A DNA stretch of 64,000 nucleotides from Lama glama (Eukaryota), in NCBI GenBank assembly GCA_028534125.1, contig CM052818.1, forward strand, positions 31,126,001 through 31,190,000, in the 5' to 3' direction. Numbering within the stretch: the stretch's first letter is position 1; each line of letters opens with the position of its first letter. A model generated the notes under the pieces. The model was not told where the DNA came from. It did no database searches and saw only the letters and a list, made by a program, of their open reading frames with translations. The position numbers and the translations under genes are program-made. Positions 12,035-24,000 of this stretch are shown in pieces.

Positions 12035-15000
12035 GGTGGTCATACCATTCACATATGCACCAGGAGTGTATGAAAGTTCCAGTTGTTCCATCGCCTCATC
12101 CACATGTCAGTATTTTTAATTTTAGTGCAATGATATCTCATGGTGGTGTTAATTTGCATTTTACTGGTGACTTAAGATGTGGAATATTTTTTCATGTTGG
12201 TTATTGCCTATTTTTATATGTTTCTTGGTAAAATATCTGCTCAAATCTTTTGACCTTTTTAATGGGTTATCTTTCTCTTATTATTGATTTATAAGAGTTC
12301 TTTATATATTCTGGATACAAGTCCCTTGCTATAATATATTTGCTACCAATTTTTTCTCCTGGTCTGTGGTTTGCATTTTTGTTAATGGTGTCTTTCACAC
12401 TTTTGATGAAGTTTAATTTAACCATTTTTTTTCTTGTAAGGCTCATATTTTTGTGTTTTATCAAAGACACATATACCTACCCCAAGATTACAATATACTC
12501 TCCTATGTTTTCTTCTAAAAGTGCCATAATTTTAAGTGTTATCTTTAGGTTTGTGATCATTTTGATTCGGTTTTTGTGTATAGTGTGAACAAAGGGTCCC
12601 TGTTTATTATTTTTTTTCCCATGTGGATGTCCTGTTGATCCAGCATCACATTTTTGAAAGACATTTCTATCCTCAATGCATTGCCTTGAAACTTTGTAAA
12701 AAGTTAATGGACCATATACGTTTTGGTCTACTTCTAGGTTCTCTACTCTGCTCCATTGATCTATTCATCTGTCGTTTTGCCAATACTTTAGCTATATAAC
12801 AAGTATTGAAATTAGGTTGGCTAAGTCTTCCAACTTTATCTTTTTTAAAAACTATCTGGTTATTCTAGATCCTTTGCATTTAGATGAAAATTTTAGAATC
12901 AGCTTTCAATTTTTAAAAAGAAGAACATGCTAGAATTTTAGGTGGGATTGTATTAAGTCTACAGATTAATTTGGAGAGAATTACCATTTTGGCAATACAG
13001 AGCCTTCTAATCAATGAACCTGATCTATCACTCCATTTATTTAGGTCTTCTTAAATTTCTCTCAGCAATGTTTTATAGTTTTTGATGTAGAGAGCTTGGA
13101 TGTCTTTAGATTTTTTTCCCCAAGTATTTTTAATAAAATGCTACTGTTTTCCTATTGTTTGCTGCTTGTATCTTGTGACCTTGCTAAATTCAGTCATTAA
13201 TTCTGGTAGCTACTTTGTAGATTTCCCAGCATTTTCTACAATCGAAATATCAAATAAGAACCTTTTTTTGTTTCTTCATTCTGATCTTTTTGCCTTTTAT
13301 TTTCTTACTGAACTGGCAAGAGCCTCTCGTACAATGTTAAGTAGAAATGGTGGTAGCAGACATCCTTTCCTCAGTTATGATCATAAGGGAAGCAAATAGT
13401 CTTCCATCATTAAGTCTGATTTTTAGCTGTAGATTTTTCATAGATATCTTTCATCAGTTTGAGGATGTTACCTACTTTTTCTGGGTAAATCCCGTCTGAA
13501 AGTTTCTATCATAAATATATGCTGGATTTCATCAAATAATTCTAATTCAATTATTGATTTACTTTTTAGCCTTTTAATATGGTTAATTATACTGATTTTT
13601 TTTTAGTGTTAAACCATCCTTACATCCTTCTTGAAATAAATCCAACTTAGTATTGATGTATTATCCTTTTTATTTTCTTTTTTACATTATTGGATTTCAT
13701 TTGCTATAATTTTGTTGAGGATCTTCGCCATCTCTCCTTATGAGGGAGAGATATTAACTCATGATTATTTTTTCTTGGGGGTGGATCCTTTATAAAGCTT
13801 GGTTGTGAGTGTCACACTGACCTGGTAAAATACGTTCGGCAGTGTTTCCATTCTCTAATTTCTGAAGAAGTTTGTGTAAAATTAGTGCTATTTTGCTCTT
13901 GATGTTACAATAGAATTTACTAGTGAAACCACCTGGATCTGGGGGTCTCTTTTTTGGAAAGCTTTTAATAAATTTAATTACTTTATTAGTTATGGGATTG
14001 TTCAGATTTTCTGTTTCTTCTTGTGTCAATTTTGGTAAGTTTAATTGTTGAAGACATTTATTCATTTCATATAACTATTGAATTTGTTGGCATAAGCTTA
14101 TTCATGGTATTCTCTTCTTAACCCTGTAATGTTTATAGAGTATGTGGATAACCCCTTTATCAGTGATGACATTGGTGATTTGTGTTCTCACTCTTCTGTC
14201 CTTGAGTAGTTTGACTCTGAGTTTGTCAATGTCATTGATCTTTTCAAAGAAATAGTTTTTGCTTTGATAATTTTCTCTACTGTTTTTCCCCTTTATTAAT
14301 TTCTGTTCTTTATTATTCACTTCCTTTTACTTGTTTGGGGTTTTCTTATTTACCTTATGATATCATCCTTGACTCATGAATTATTTAGAGTGTGTTTAAT
14401 TCTAGATATTTGGGATTTTCTTGAATGTTGTTATTGATTTCAAATTTTAACTCTGTTATGGTTAGAGAATAGTCTGTGTGGTTCAATCTTGGACATATAC
14501 TCTTTTATGGACAAGCATATTGTCAGTTTTTGGTGAATGTGTCTCATACATATGAAAAGAATGTATATACTGCAGTTTATAGATGTAGGATATGTGTCAG
14601 TCATATTGAGGTGATAGATAGTGTTATTCAGGTATTTTACTTTTTCAGTAATTTTTTTGTCTAGTTTGTCTATTACTAGAAAATGCATGCTGAAATCTCT
14701 TACTATAATTGTGGAATTGTTTCTTTCTCCCTTAAATTCTGTTAAGTTTTGGTATTTTCAGGTTCAGTTATTAGGTGCCTACACATTTATGATTTTATTT
14801 CCTTCTGATATATTTACCAATATTATATGCCCCACTTTATCCCTAGTAAAACTCTTTGTTATGAAATCTAACTGATCAATCTATTAACATTCCTCCCAGC
14901 TTTCTCATGCTTACTATTTGTATTGCGTATTTCTTTTCACCCATTTGTTTTCAAATTATTTGTGTCTTTGTATCTAAAGTGTATTTTGTATAGGCAGCAT

Positions 15001-16980
15001 ATAGTTGAGGCTTGCTTTTTTAATCTATTTTGTCAATCTCAGCCTTTTATTGGAGTTAAATTAACGTTTACTTATTGATATGGTTGGATTTAGGTCTATT
15101 TTGTTTGTTTATCCCATATTCCACTTTAATTGACTTCTATTACTTATTTGACTGTATGTTAATATTCTATTTTAACTTATCTATTAGCTTTTGGGCTATA
15201 TCTCTTCTTATTTTGTTAGTGCTTGTCAAGAATTAGAATACACATACTTAACCTTTCATATCCTGTTGTACCACTTCATTGTAAAATACAGAAAATTTGC
15301 AACCATGTAGGTCTCTTTAATCCTCTTCCACTGTTCCTTATGTTATAGTTGTCATATGAATTATATCTGCATACATTTGAAACCTCTCCCAACAATGTTC
15401 TGATTTTTTTGAACATACATACGTGGCTTAAAGACTTTAAGAGGAATTAAGTCTTATATATTTATTCAATTATCCCTGTTATTATGCCCTTCAAATGAAA
15501 GAAGTTCCTTTATCATTTCTGCTGACGCATGGCATTTCATGATTTCTCTTAGTTTTTGTTTATCTGAAACATCTTTAGTTCACTTTTATTCCTGAAATGT
15601 ATTTTTATTGGATGTAGAATTCAAGGTTGACATTACTTTCTTTCTGTGCTTTAAAGATACCCCACCGTTTCCTGTCCTCTGTGGCTTCTGATGACAAATT
15701 TGTAGTCATTGTCACCATTGTTCCCTTTTGTGTAATCTGTTATTTTTCTCTACCTTCTTTCAAGACTTTTTCTTCATCTTGGTCGTTCAACAGCTTGCTT
15801 ATGATGTGTCTAGTTATGGTTTTCTTGATTTCTCATGCTTCGTGAATTCATAAACTTGTGACCAAATTTGGGAAGTTTTTGACCATTATTTCCTCAAATA
15901 CTGTTTCTGCCCTAGTATTTGTATCCTCTCCTTCTGGAATTTCAATTACACATAAGTCAGACCTTTTGATATTATATCACATGTCTCCCTGTGGTTCTAA
16001 CCTTTTTTTTTCAGTTTTTTTTTCAATTTGTTTTTAAATTGGATTATTTTTATTGATCTTATTCTTTCCTCTTATTTCACGTATTCTTTTCTCTGTCATC
16101 TCTATTCTGCTCTTAAGCAACTCTAAAGTTTCCATTTGTTTCTTTTTTATTTGACTTCTATTTCTCTGTTGAGATTGCCTAATCTTCTTATTCATTTCAA
16201 GTGTGTTTTCCTTTTCTTCATGGAGCATAGCTTAGTAGCTGTTTTAAAATCTTTTTCTTACAATTCTACAGCTAGATCATTGCAAAATTGGCACCAATCA
16301 ATTGTGTTTTCTCCTGAGAGTGGGTCACATTTTCTTAGCTCTTCTATTTTGAAAAGTTTGGGATTATATCCTAGACAAAGTGAATGTTATGTTGGGTAGA
16401 CTTTGTTTTCTGCTATAATCCTCTGGAAAAATGTTGATTTTTTTTTTCTTTAAGCAAGAAGCGACCTGACAAAGTTCAGACTGTACATTCTAGCTCATCG
16501 TCTGTGTGAAGTCATTCAAATCTCAGTTCATTTAAGGCTTTGCCGTGCTGATCTGGATTCGTTCCACACATTTCTAATGCACGTGGGTTAGGCTAAGACT
16601 TGGGCAGAATTATACCCAGAATTAGAAGATCCCATTCTCTGGTGCCCTCTCTTCTCAGCTTCTTCCCCCTTGTATGCTCCCCCCAAGTCTGTAAGGACTC
16701 CTTTCCTAGAAAGGTGGCAGGATTTCCATCAAAGCTTCGGTCATCTGCACCAGGCCACTTATCACTGGGGCCCAGCCTCATGGCACAGATGTGAGAGGAA
16801 AAACCCCAAAACCTGGAAATTCACCCTCATGTTCATTTCTTCTCTAAGTTCTTACTCGGCCATAGAATTTGCCAGCTTTTGTTTTCATTTCAGGTTGCCA
16901 AGTAATTGTTTTATTTTTTCCAGAGCTTATAGTTATAATCAGCAGGAGGAATGGGTTACACAGGGGCTTCTTACGTTACC
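12035..16980 (-). mobile_element. About 5-kb degraded L1 (L1M-type), antisense
   Basis: T-rich + strand. Minus-strand ORF remnants resemble L1 ORF2 (13790-14065 LPKLTQEETENLNNPIT..PDPGGFTSKFY; 14102-14320 FFEKINDIDK) and the ORF1 coiled coil (16034-16228). Confidence 0.9.
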
Positions 16981-16989
16981 ATAAAGGAA

Positions 16990-17250
16990 CTGGAATACCA
17001 ATATCATTTTGAAAAGCTAAAAAACAAACAAAATTAAAGCAATGCAATGTTGAGATATATAACTATGTGATAAAACTATTTTTCAGAAAACCAAGAGAAT
17101 GATAAAAACAACATTCTGGTGTTGGCTTCCTCTGGGGGAGATGAGGGGGTGCCATCAGGGAGGAAAGCACAGGTACCTTCAGAAGTGCTGGTAAATTCTT
17201 GACCATGGTGGTAGGCTCTTGGGTGTTCATGAGATTATGATACTTCATAA
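16990..17250 (+). mobile_element. L1ME-like 3' UTR fragment
   Basis: The pattern ttcctctggggg...ggtaccttc...gtgctggtaa..ttcttgacc..ggtggt..gggtgttca is characteristic of old L1M 3' ends. Confidence 0.6.
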
Positions 17251-17254
17251 CCTA

Positions 17255-17792
17255 TATATCCGGAAAAGATGAAAACTAATTCAAAAAGATAAGTGCACCC
17301 CAGTGTTCAGAGCAGCACTGTTTACAATAGTGAAGACATGGAAACAACCCAGATTCCCATCAACAGATGATTGGTTTAAGAAGATGTAATATTTATGTAC
17401 AATGAAATATTGCCCAGCCAAAAAATAAAGAATGAAATAATGCCATTTGCAGCAACATGGATGGAGCTAGAGATGATCATACTGTAAAGTAAGTCAGACA
17501 GAGAAAGACAAATATTATATCACTTATATGTAGAATCTACAAATGAATCTATATACAGAACAGAAATAGACTCACAGACATAGAAAACAAATTTATGGTT
17601 ACCAGAGGGGAAAGAGTGTGGGGAGGGATAAATTAGGAGTATGGAATTAATAGATACAAACTACTATGCATAAAATAGATAAGCAACAAGGATTTACTGT
17701 ATAGCACAGGAACTATATTCAATATTTTATAATAATCTATAATGGAAAAGAATCTGAAATATATATATATATATATCTGAAATATATATGTA

Positions 17793-17826
<34 letters not shown>

Positions 17827-17897
17827 AAACTGAATCATTTTACTGTATACCTGAATCTAACATAATATTGTAAATCAACTATACTTCAATTTAGAAA
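17255..17897 (+). mobile_element. Younger 5'-truncated L1 3' end (cetartiodactyl type) with internal (TA)n
   Basis: Well-preserved gcagcactgtttacaatag..acatggaaacaacc, gccatttgcagcaacatggatgga and the end ttgtaaatcaactatacttcaat. (TA)n at about 17757-17826. Confidence 0.9.
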
Positions 17898-18619
17898 AGG
17901 AACTTGGTAGCAACTCTTTTTCTCATTTTCTGGCCTCTGCTGTGCCATTTTTCTCGCTAGACCCAAAAGATACCCCAGCAGCAAGACTGACTTTTATCCT
18001 GAATACCAGGTAGACCGTCTTCATTTCTTTATCAAAACAGCTGAGCCTTTTTTCCTGCCTTGTTGATCTTGCAAAGTGAGGCAAGTAGAATAGAGAAGAA
18101 AAGAAATAAGCCAAAGAGCCCTTCCCAAAGTGACAGGCAGGGAAATTGGTTGGCCTCTTCTACTGCACACACCGGTGAAATGTTGTCAGTTCTTTACACC
18201 CTTGCAGCCTGAGAGACTGAGTCTACAGGCTGTTCCCTGGCAAAGCCATAAGCAATTCGGTGAGCAGGAAGGTGATCCTGGTAGGTGTGAGGTCTGTGCA
18301 TGTAGAAGAGGCTCCCCTTCCAGCCTGCCTTCTTTTCCCGGTCAAAGTTCTCCTCCCTCCCAGAGCAGCAGACCAGCAGACCAGCTCCCCCAGCAGTGGG
18401 CACCCAGGCCTGCTGCCTGTCCCCCAGAGCCTTCCCCTGCCCTCCCGGGCTCTCAGCTGAGGGATGCAGAGCAGTAGTAGGGCAGAGGGCACGGATCTGA
18501 TGTCCCACCCCTGGCCCTCACCCACTCTGAGCCTTGCCTGTTGTTCATTAAAGCAAGAACTCCTTTTAGAGGGTGTGGGGCTTCGGCGCAGTCCTTTCAC
18601 GGCCAAAATGACAATAATA

Positions 18620-18860
18620 ACTATGCTAATAACTACTGTCCATTGACCACTTTCTGTTTACTAGTCCCCGTGCTGAGTATTCAACAAGCATGGCTTCGTC
18701 CGAGCCTTACAACAGCTCTACAACATGCATGTTAATGTCATCTCCATTTCACAAACGAGGAAAGTGAGTCTTAGAAGAGGGGTTCCTAAAGTTGGCCCGT
18801 CCACTGCCCAGTAGTAGGCAATGAGGGCCCTGCAGGTGAGCTGGGACCCGATCCTCAAAT
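18620..18860. mobile_element. MIR SINE (representative; others at about 23230-23400, 23540-23680, 28070-28160, 39170-39330, 42340-42500, 43020-43200, 47320-47470, 55200-55320, 56770-56900)
   Basis: MIR core ccatttcacaaacgaggaaagtgag.c..aga.agg. Confidence 0.7.
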
Positions 18861-19370
18861 GCAAGGCCTTTGCAAGATTCTGCTGGAGCGGGAGCAGTCA
18901 AGCCAAATTCTTCAGAGTCATTTTTACCCACAGTTAAGGGCTGCTTAATAAAAGTCCTGTAGTTGTGTTCTTCAGCGTGGCCGCAGCCTCGTTCTCCTAA
19001 CCTAGAATAAGCCCCCTGCTGGAGGCTGTCTCACGCGCTAGTCCAGTGTTTGGCTGAGAGGTCGGTGGCTTGGCAGTGCTATGTTGGTTCTGCTGTCCCT
19101 AAGCTTGTGTGGAGTTGGTAGGCCCACAGTTCCCCCACCTCTGCCTCATCACGTGGCACTGCCTCGGTTTGTGTTGCTGTCTTCTTGTTCTTGAGCGATA
19201 TCTTACTATTTTTTCAGCTGAACGACTGTCTGATTTATTGTGAACTCTCCTCTTAATGAGGTATATTGACATATTTTCACCTATTATTTTCCAAGAACCG
19301 GATTTAAAAAATGCATGTATCATATTAGATTAAACCCCAAAAAAATGACCTCTATTCAACTATTTTTACC

Positions 19371-19450
19371 TTAGGTTAAACCATATGAAACTGACTATAT
19401 TGAACTATTTTTGGTGTTTAAAAATGGCAGTTTCATATGGTTCAACCTAA
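19371..19450. mobile_element. MADE2-like mariner-derived MITE (80 bp)
   Basis: Terminal inverted repeats ttaggttaaaccatatgaaactg / cagtttcatatggttcaacctaa (22 of 23 pair) around a short spacer. Confidence 0.85.
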
Positions 19451-19829
19451 TAATTCAAATAGAGGTTATCCTTACCTCATCTGCTAGACAATTGTATGCA
19501 TAATTCCCTCCAAATATGCATGTGCAGTGATACTTCCAATGGTGCTATTCTGCCTATGAATGTGTGTTTTCTGAATAATTTGCAACATACTATTATTACA
19601 TGTTAGCTGTAAGAAAATTAGAAGTTACTTTGTAAGTTGCATATTTTTTGTTATCCAAGATCTTGATTGTAAGTGCCTATTCTTTCTTTATGAGCTGTCC
19701 ACTTACGTTCCTCTCTAGTTCTTCATCATTACCTGGTTCCTTTTTCACTGTGAGGTGGGTAAGGATAGGACATATGGACCTTGGGGTCTTTTGTGTCACC
19801 TACTGGTTCTACTGGTAAAATGACTCTGG

Positions 19830-20505
19830 AATCTGTCTCTCCACCATCTTCACTACCAATGCTCTAACAGTATCTCTCCCACGGACAAATGCAGCAGCCT
19901 GTCAGCCTCTTCCCTGTCTCAGTCCCTACCCATACCCACCATGTAGCCTCCAGCTGGCCCCACCCTGTACACAGATCTGATCATGACCACCTCTTCAACA
20001 GTCCTGCAGTGCTTGCAGGGTATAAAACAATCCAGCCTTCCAACCTGCCTTCCTGGCCATCTCTGCTAACACTCCCCATCCCTAACCCCCACCCCACAGC
20101 CCCTCCCATTCCCTCTAATACTCACGACCCTTCTTATCCAAATCCTGACCCTCCATGTACTCAGGTACCTGGAGGGACTTTTTTTTTTAAGTCTTCCCTG
20201 CCAGTTCTCCACCTGGCAAATTCTTCTTCCTTCAAGGCCACTTCCAATGTCACTGCTAGTGGGAGAGTCATCCCAGACCCTCCTTGGCAGCTCCTAGCTC
20301 CTCCTCTTTATATCCATAGTACTTTGTACGCATTTTTAATTACACAGTTCCAGTTGAATGATAACTAGTTGTTGAAATGTGTAATCTATTTTTCCCACTT
20401 GATAATGAGCCCCCAGGGGATAAAGACCATGTCATATTTATCTTTGTATTGCCAGCATTCAGAAGAGTGCCTGGCACAAGGTCAGTGTTCAATAAATGTT
20501 CATTA
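19830..20505 (+). mobile_element. L2 3' fragment
   Basis: Ends with ctttgtattgccagca...gtgcctggcac....gtgttcaataaatgtt, the typical L2 3' end. Confidence 0.7.
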
Positions 20506-20784
20506 ATGTACAAGTCCCCCCCCCATAGTCTCTTGTGTGTGTAAGAGTGTACTGCGAAGCTGTTTGGCACAGCAGATTGAAAACTAACTAGGAGGAAGGA
20601 TGCTTCAGTTCTAGTCTGGGATCGCCTGCCAGCTGGCTGCGTCACCAGGGGTAGCACTGATCTGGGTCTCAGTCTCCTCACTTGAAGAGGTAGGGGACAT
20701 TTGAGTACCCTTCTAGGGCTCACATTCAATGATACAAAGGACTGATGGCTCATCCTTAAAAGTATCTCTTTTTCTAACCCAAAG

Positions 20785-21015
20785 GGAAAGACCTTATACC
20801 TCGTCTAAATAAGAGTCATGGCATATAACCAGGAGCTTCTAGCCAAGACCCCCATCATCAGGTTCAAGGAACAGAACTTTTACTCCTTGCGGGATCATTG
20901 CCTAAAGAGAGGCCTGCTGTTTGAGGATGAGACGTTCCCTGCCGAGACTTATTCCATAGGTCTACCTCTGCTCAAGGGAAGAAACCTCTCCAACCTGACC
21001 TGGATGCGGCCAAAG
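20785..21015 (+). CDS. CAPN13: CAPN13 first coding exon (exon 2): 33-nt UTR 20785-20817, ATG at 20818, MAYNQ...TWMRPK
   Basis: Acceptor ttttctaacccaaag|, ATG in gtcATGg context, donor AAG|GTGAGT at 21016. Contains [18 protein letters not shown]. Confidence 0.93.
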
Positions 21016-24000
21016 GTGAGTAAGCCTGCCACCCCTCCTCTGCCAGGAACACATCCAGCTCCTGGGCCCTCTGAGTTGCATCCCATGGTACCTCCCACTG
21101 AGAGGATGGGCCTGAGACCTGGTTTTCAGGGATGGCCCAAACCAAATTGGAAGGAGACTGAAACTCATCTGGTCCCTCAGCTGCAGTGCTGTATCCACAG
21201 TGGGATGGAAAGACCCTGTACCAGGAACCAGGACCCTTGGGCTGTAACCCAGTTCTAACACAACATGTCACTAGATTACACACCTCAGTATTCCCATATG
21301 AAATATGGGAAACCATGGGTATGAAGATTGTAGTAGCCATGGGGTCTCTTCAGTCTCCATAAATGAGCCCCTCTGTCAGTCAGTCTTCATCATCCTACAT
21401 TGTCTTCAGGTATAACTATCTCTGTCTTTTTTCTTTCCCTGTTAGAATTTATTCAAAGGAAAGATAACATGTCAGTCACTTACATGATAGGATGAATTTA
21501 AACAATTGCCTTTCCTGTCTCATTTATATTTGTATTTTGTATCTTGTAGAGGCTTGGTCACCTATAAAGGAATTTTAGACATCAGCTGTAAAATTAGGGA
21601 AGGTATTCCAGAGCAATGTTCAAGCCCCACCCCCAGGGACCCCCCTACCCTGGCAGATGACCACCAACTCCACCTTGCAGCAGGTGAACCCTGTTGGTTC
21701 TCCTAGAACTATCTCAACTTTAGGGCATGAAGCTCCATGGGAAATTTCTTAGCCCCCTTAACATTCTCATAATCTCATCAGGTCTTTTGGATGCAAAGAG
21801 CCCGGGTGAGGGCCACTTTGAGAGCCCTGATGCTCAAACCTCCTCTTCACCCTTCCAAAAGCAGCCAGCAGAAGCTGGAACAGGAGGAAGGAATATAATG
21901 TCTAGTAAGCTAACGATATCAGCAGCCATTACTAAATGCTGATTAAATTCCAAGTGCTCTGCGGAGCACATTCAGTAAAGGCAGGTTAGGTTATGCAGAA
22001 TAGTTACTTTCTGATGATGTAGAACAAGACCTGAACCCTGAAGGCACCAACTCTTGTCCTAACTCAGGACCTATTTGTAGCTTTGGGAAAGGAGAGGGTT
22101 ACTAGGGGTCAGGTAGAGCTTAAATTGCTGCTTAAAGTTAAGATGGAGGTGCTTCAAGCTTCTAGAACCCATCTTACCAGCCAGAGGCAATAAGTCCCCA
22201 GCAGTGACTTCCTTCTTCTGGCCTTCACTCCTGAGGAGTGCTGAGCAGAGAACTCTATTTAAAGCTTGGAGGGATTATATTTTTCTCCCTTTGTTATTTT
22301 CAGATGAGATTCTTTTAGAATGTTTTTTTTTTCACAAGGTACTGAGCAATAGACGTGAGACCGTATTTATAGTGTTGAAGAATTTATAACATTTTTATTT
22401 AGAAAGAGTTGAGAGCTCTTTGTTATCTAATTCCAGCAATGTCTCCACTGTGATGTCTTTTGGGGCCAAGGAGAAACTGAGGCAAACAGAAATAAAACGA
22501 CTCACACAGAGTCATGCCAGGAGCCCAAAATAGAGGCCACCAGGGGCCAAATATGTTTTACTACCATTCTTCTTCTCTTCCAGGAGCTTACGCGTCATGA
22601 CTTACAGGGGGTCACTCTTCATTCCAGCACTGCTTCTAAAATGTGTATGTGGGTGTGTCATTTTTCTTGTGCCCCTCATCACAACTGGCAGCACTTAACA
22701 CTTGTATAGTTTTTCCAGGGCTTCTCATGTCTTTCCTTACTTTGTCTCCTTTGTTCTTTTCCAGTTGTATAAGAGAACAGGTTCAGACAGCTAATGTGAC
22801 TTGCGCAATGTGACACAGAGAGTGAGGGGAAGGTCTGGGATTTAAACTAAAATTTCTGACTTCACATGCTGTCCTTTTCCTCAGGTAGGATTGTGTGTCC
22901 CCAACAGGACTCGCTGGGATTTTGAGGAATGAATAGTGAGTGAATGAATGAATGAATGACTCTATCCACGGTGCCTGACATGGGTTTCAAGCTCCATATA
23001 TGGAATAGAGAATTCTTGGGTTGACCTGTATTCCTAGTAAGATGGTAGGAAAAAAGGCCAGTGTGCTCATCCCTTCAACATGGTGATGTCTTTGACTGCC
23101 ACAGCACACAGATGTGACTGTAAAGAGCCTTGGAAGAGGCACCCCCACCAGCATGGCCAAATCCTGCCCGTTGTGGCCTGTACTTACGTTGTGCCGACCA
23201 CATGGCAGGCCTGGCTTCAGATGCTTTGAGTCACTGAATCCTCACTGTAACTCTAGGAGGAGGTACAATTATTAGCCCCGTTGTAGAGATGAGAAACAGA
23301 AACAAAGAGTTAAATGAGCTGCCCAAAGTGTTAGAGCTGTGATTTGAACCCTGGAGTCTGGCTCTGAGACTTGTACTCCTAACATCACACTGTATTGCCT
23401 CCAACAAGGCTTCATCATAAGCTCATAATGTATTTGAGGCTCCTGCTTGCTGCTAATAATATTTTGTGCCCTAGTAGAATCTGCTGCCTCATCTGGATAA
23501 GCAGGAATCAATCTCCGTCTTGGTTCTGCCCTTCTTTCCATTTTTTTATGTGAAAAGAATGAAGATAAAAATGGTACCAGTACCTCACATGATTATTTTA
23601 GGGACTAAATGAAGACGATACTTAGAACATGGTCTAGCACACTGTGAACACTTGCTAAACACTCGCTACTGTTACCATGATCAGTGTGGGAGGGGTGGCG
23701 CAGGGTAGCAGCCACAGGGCTGTCCCCTGGGACTCTTTGGACCCTCACAGCCCAGTCATCTCAGCTTCAGGCCTCAGGCAAGTTCAGCAAACACTTTCAG
23801 GGAGAAATGTGGGTCAGAAGAAGCCATCTGGGGGGCCAGGGCCAGCCTGGCAGGGAGTGTGCATCGTGATTTTCTCCTCATGTCCTGCTGCCTATCCCTG
23901 CTTCTAGAAGGTTGCCTCCCAGTCTAAAGCTTGCTCAGTGCCTGTCTGGAGGTTCCAATGGGCATTCCTTAGGCTTCAATTATATAATGTCTGAGGTGGC

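Noticed and set aside
13790..14688. Minus-strand ORFs resembling retrotransposon endonuclease/RT-linker protein
   Set aside because: Short, frame-broken remnants of a dead L1, not an active or domesticated gene.
21016..21258. C-terminal part of the 146-aa ORF starting at 20818
   Set aside because: Intron read-through past the AAG|GTGAGT donor. Calpain similarity stops at RPK.
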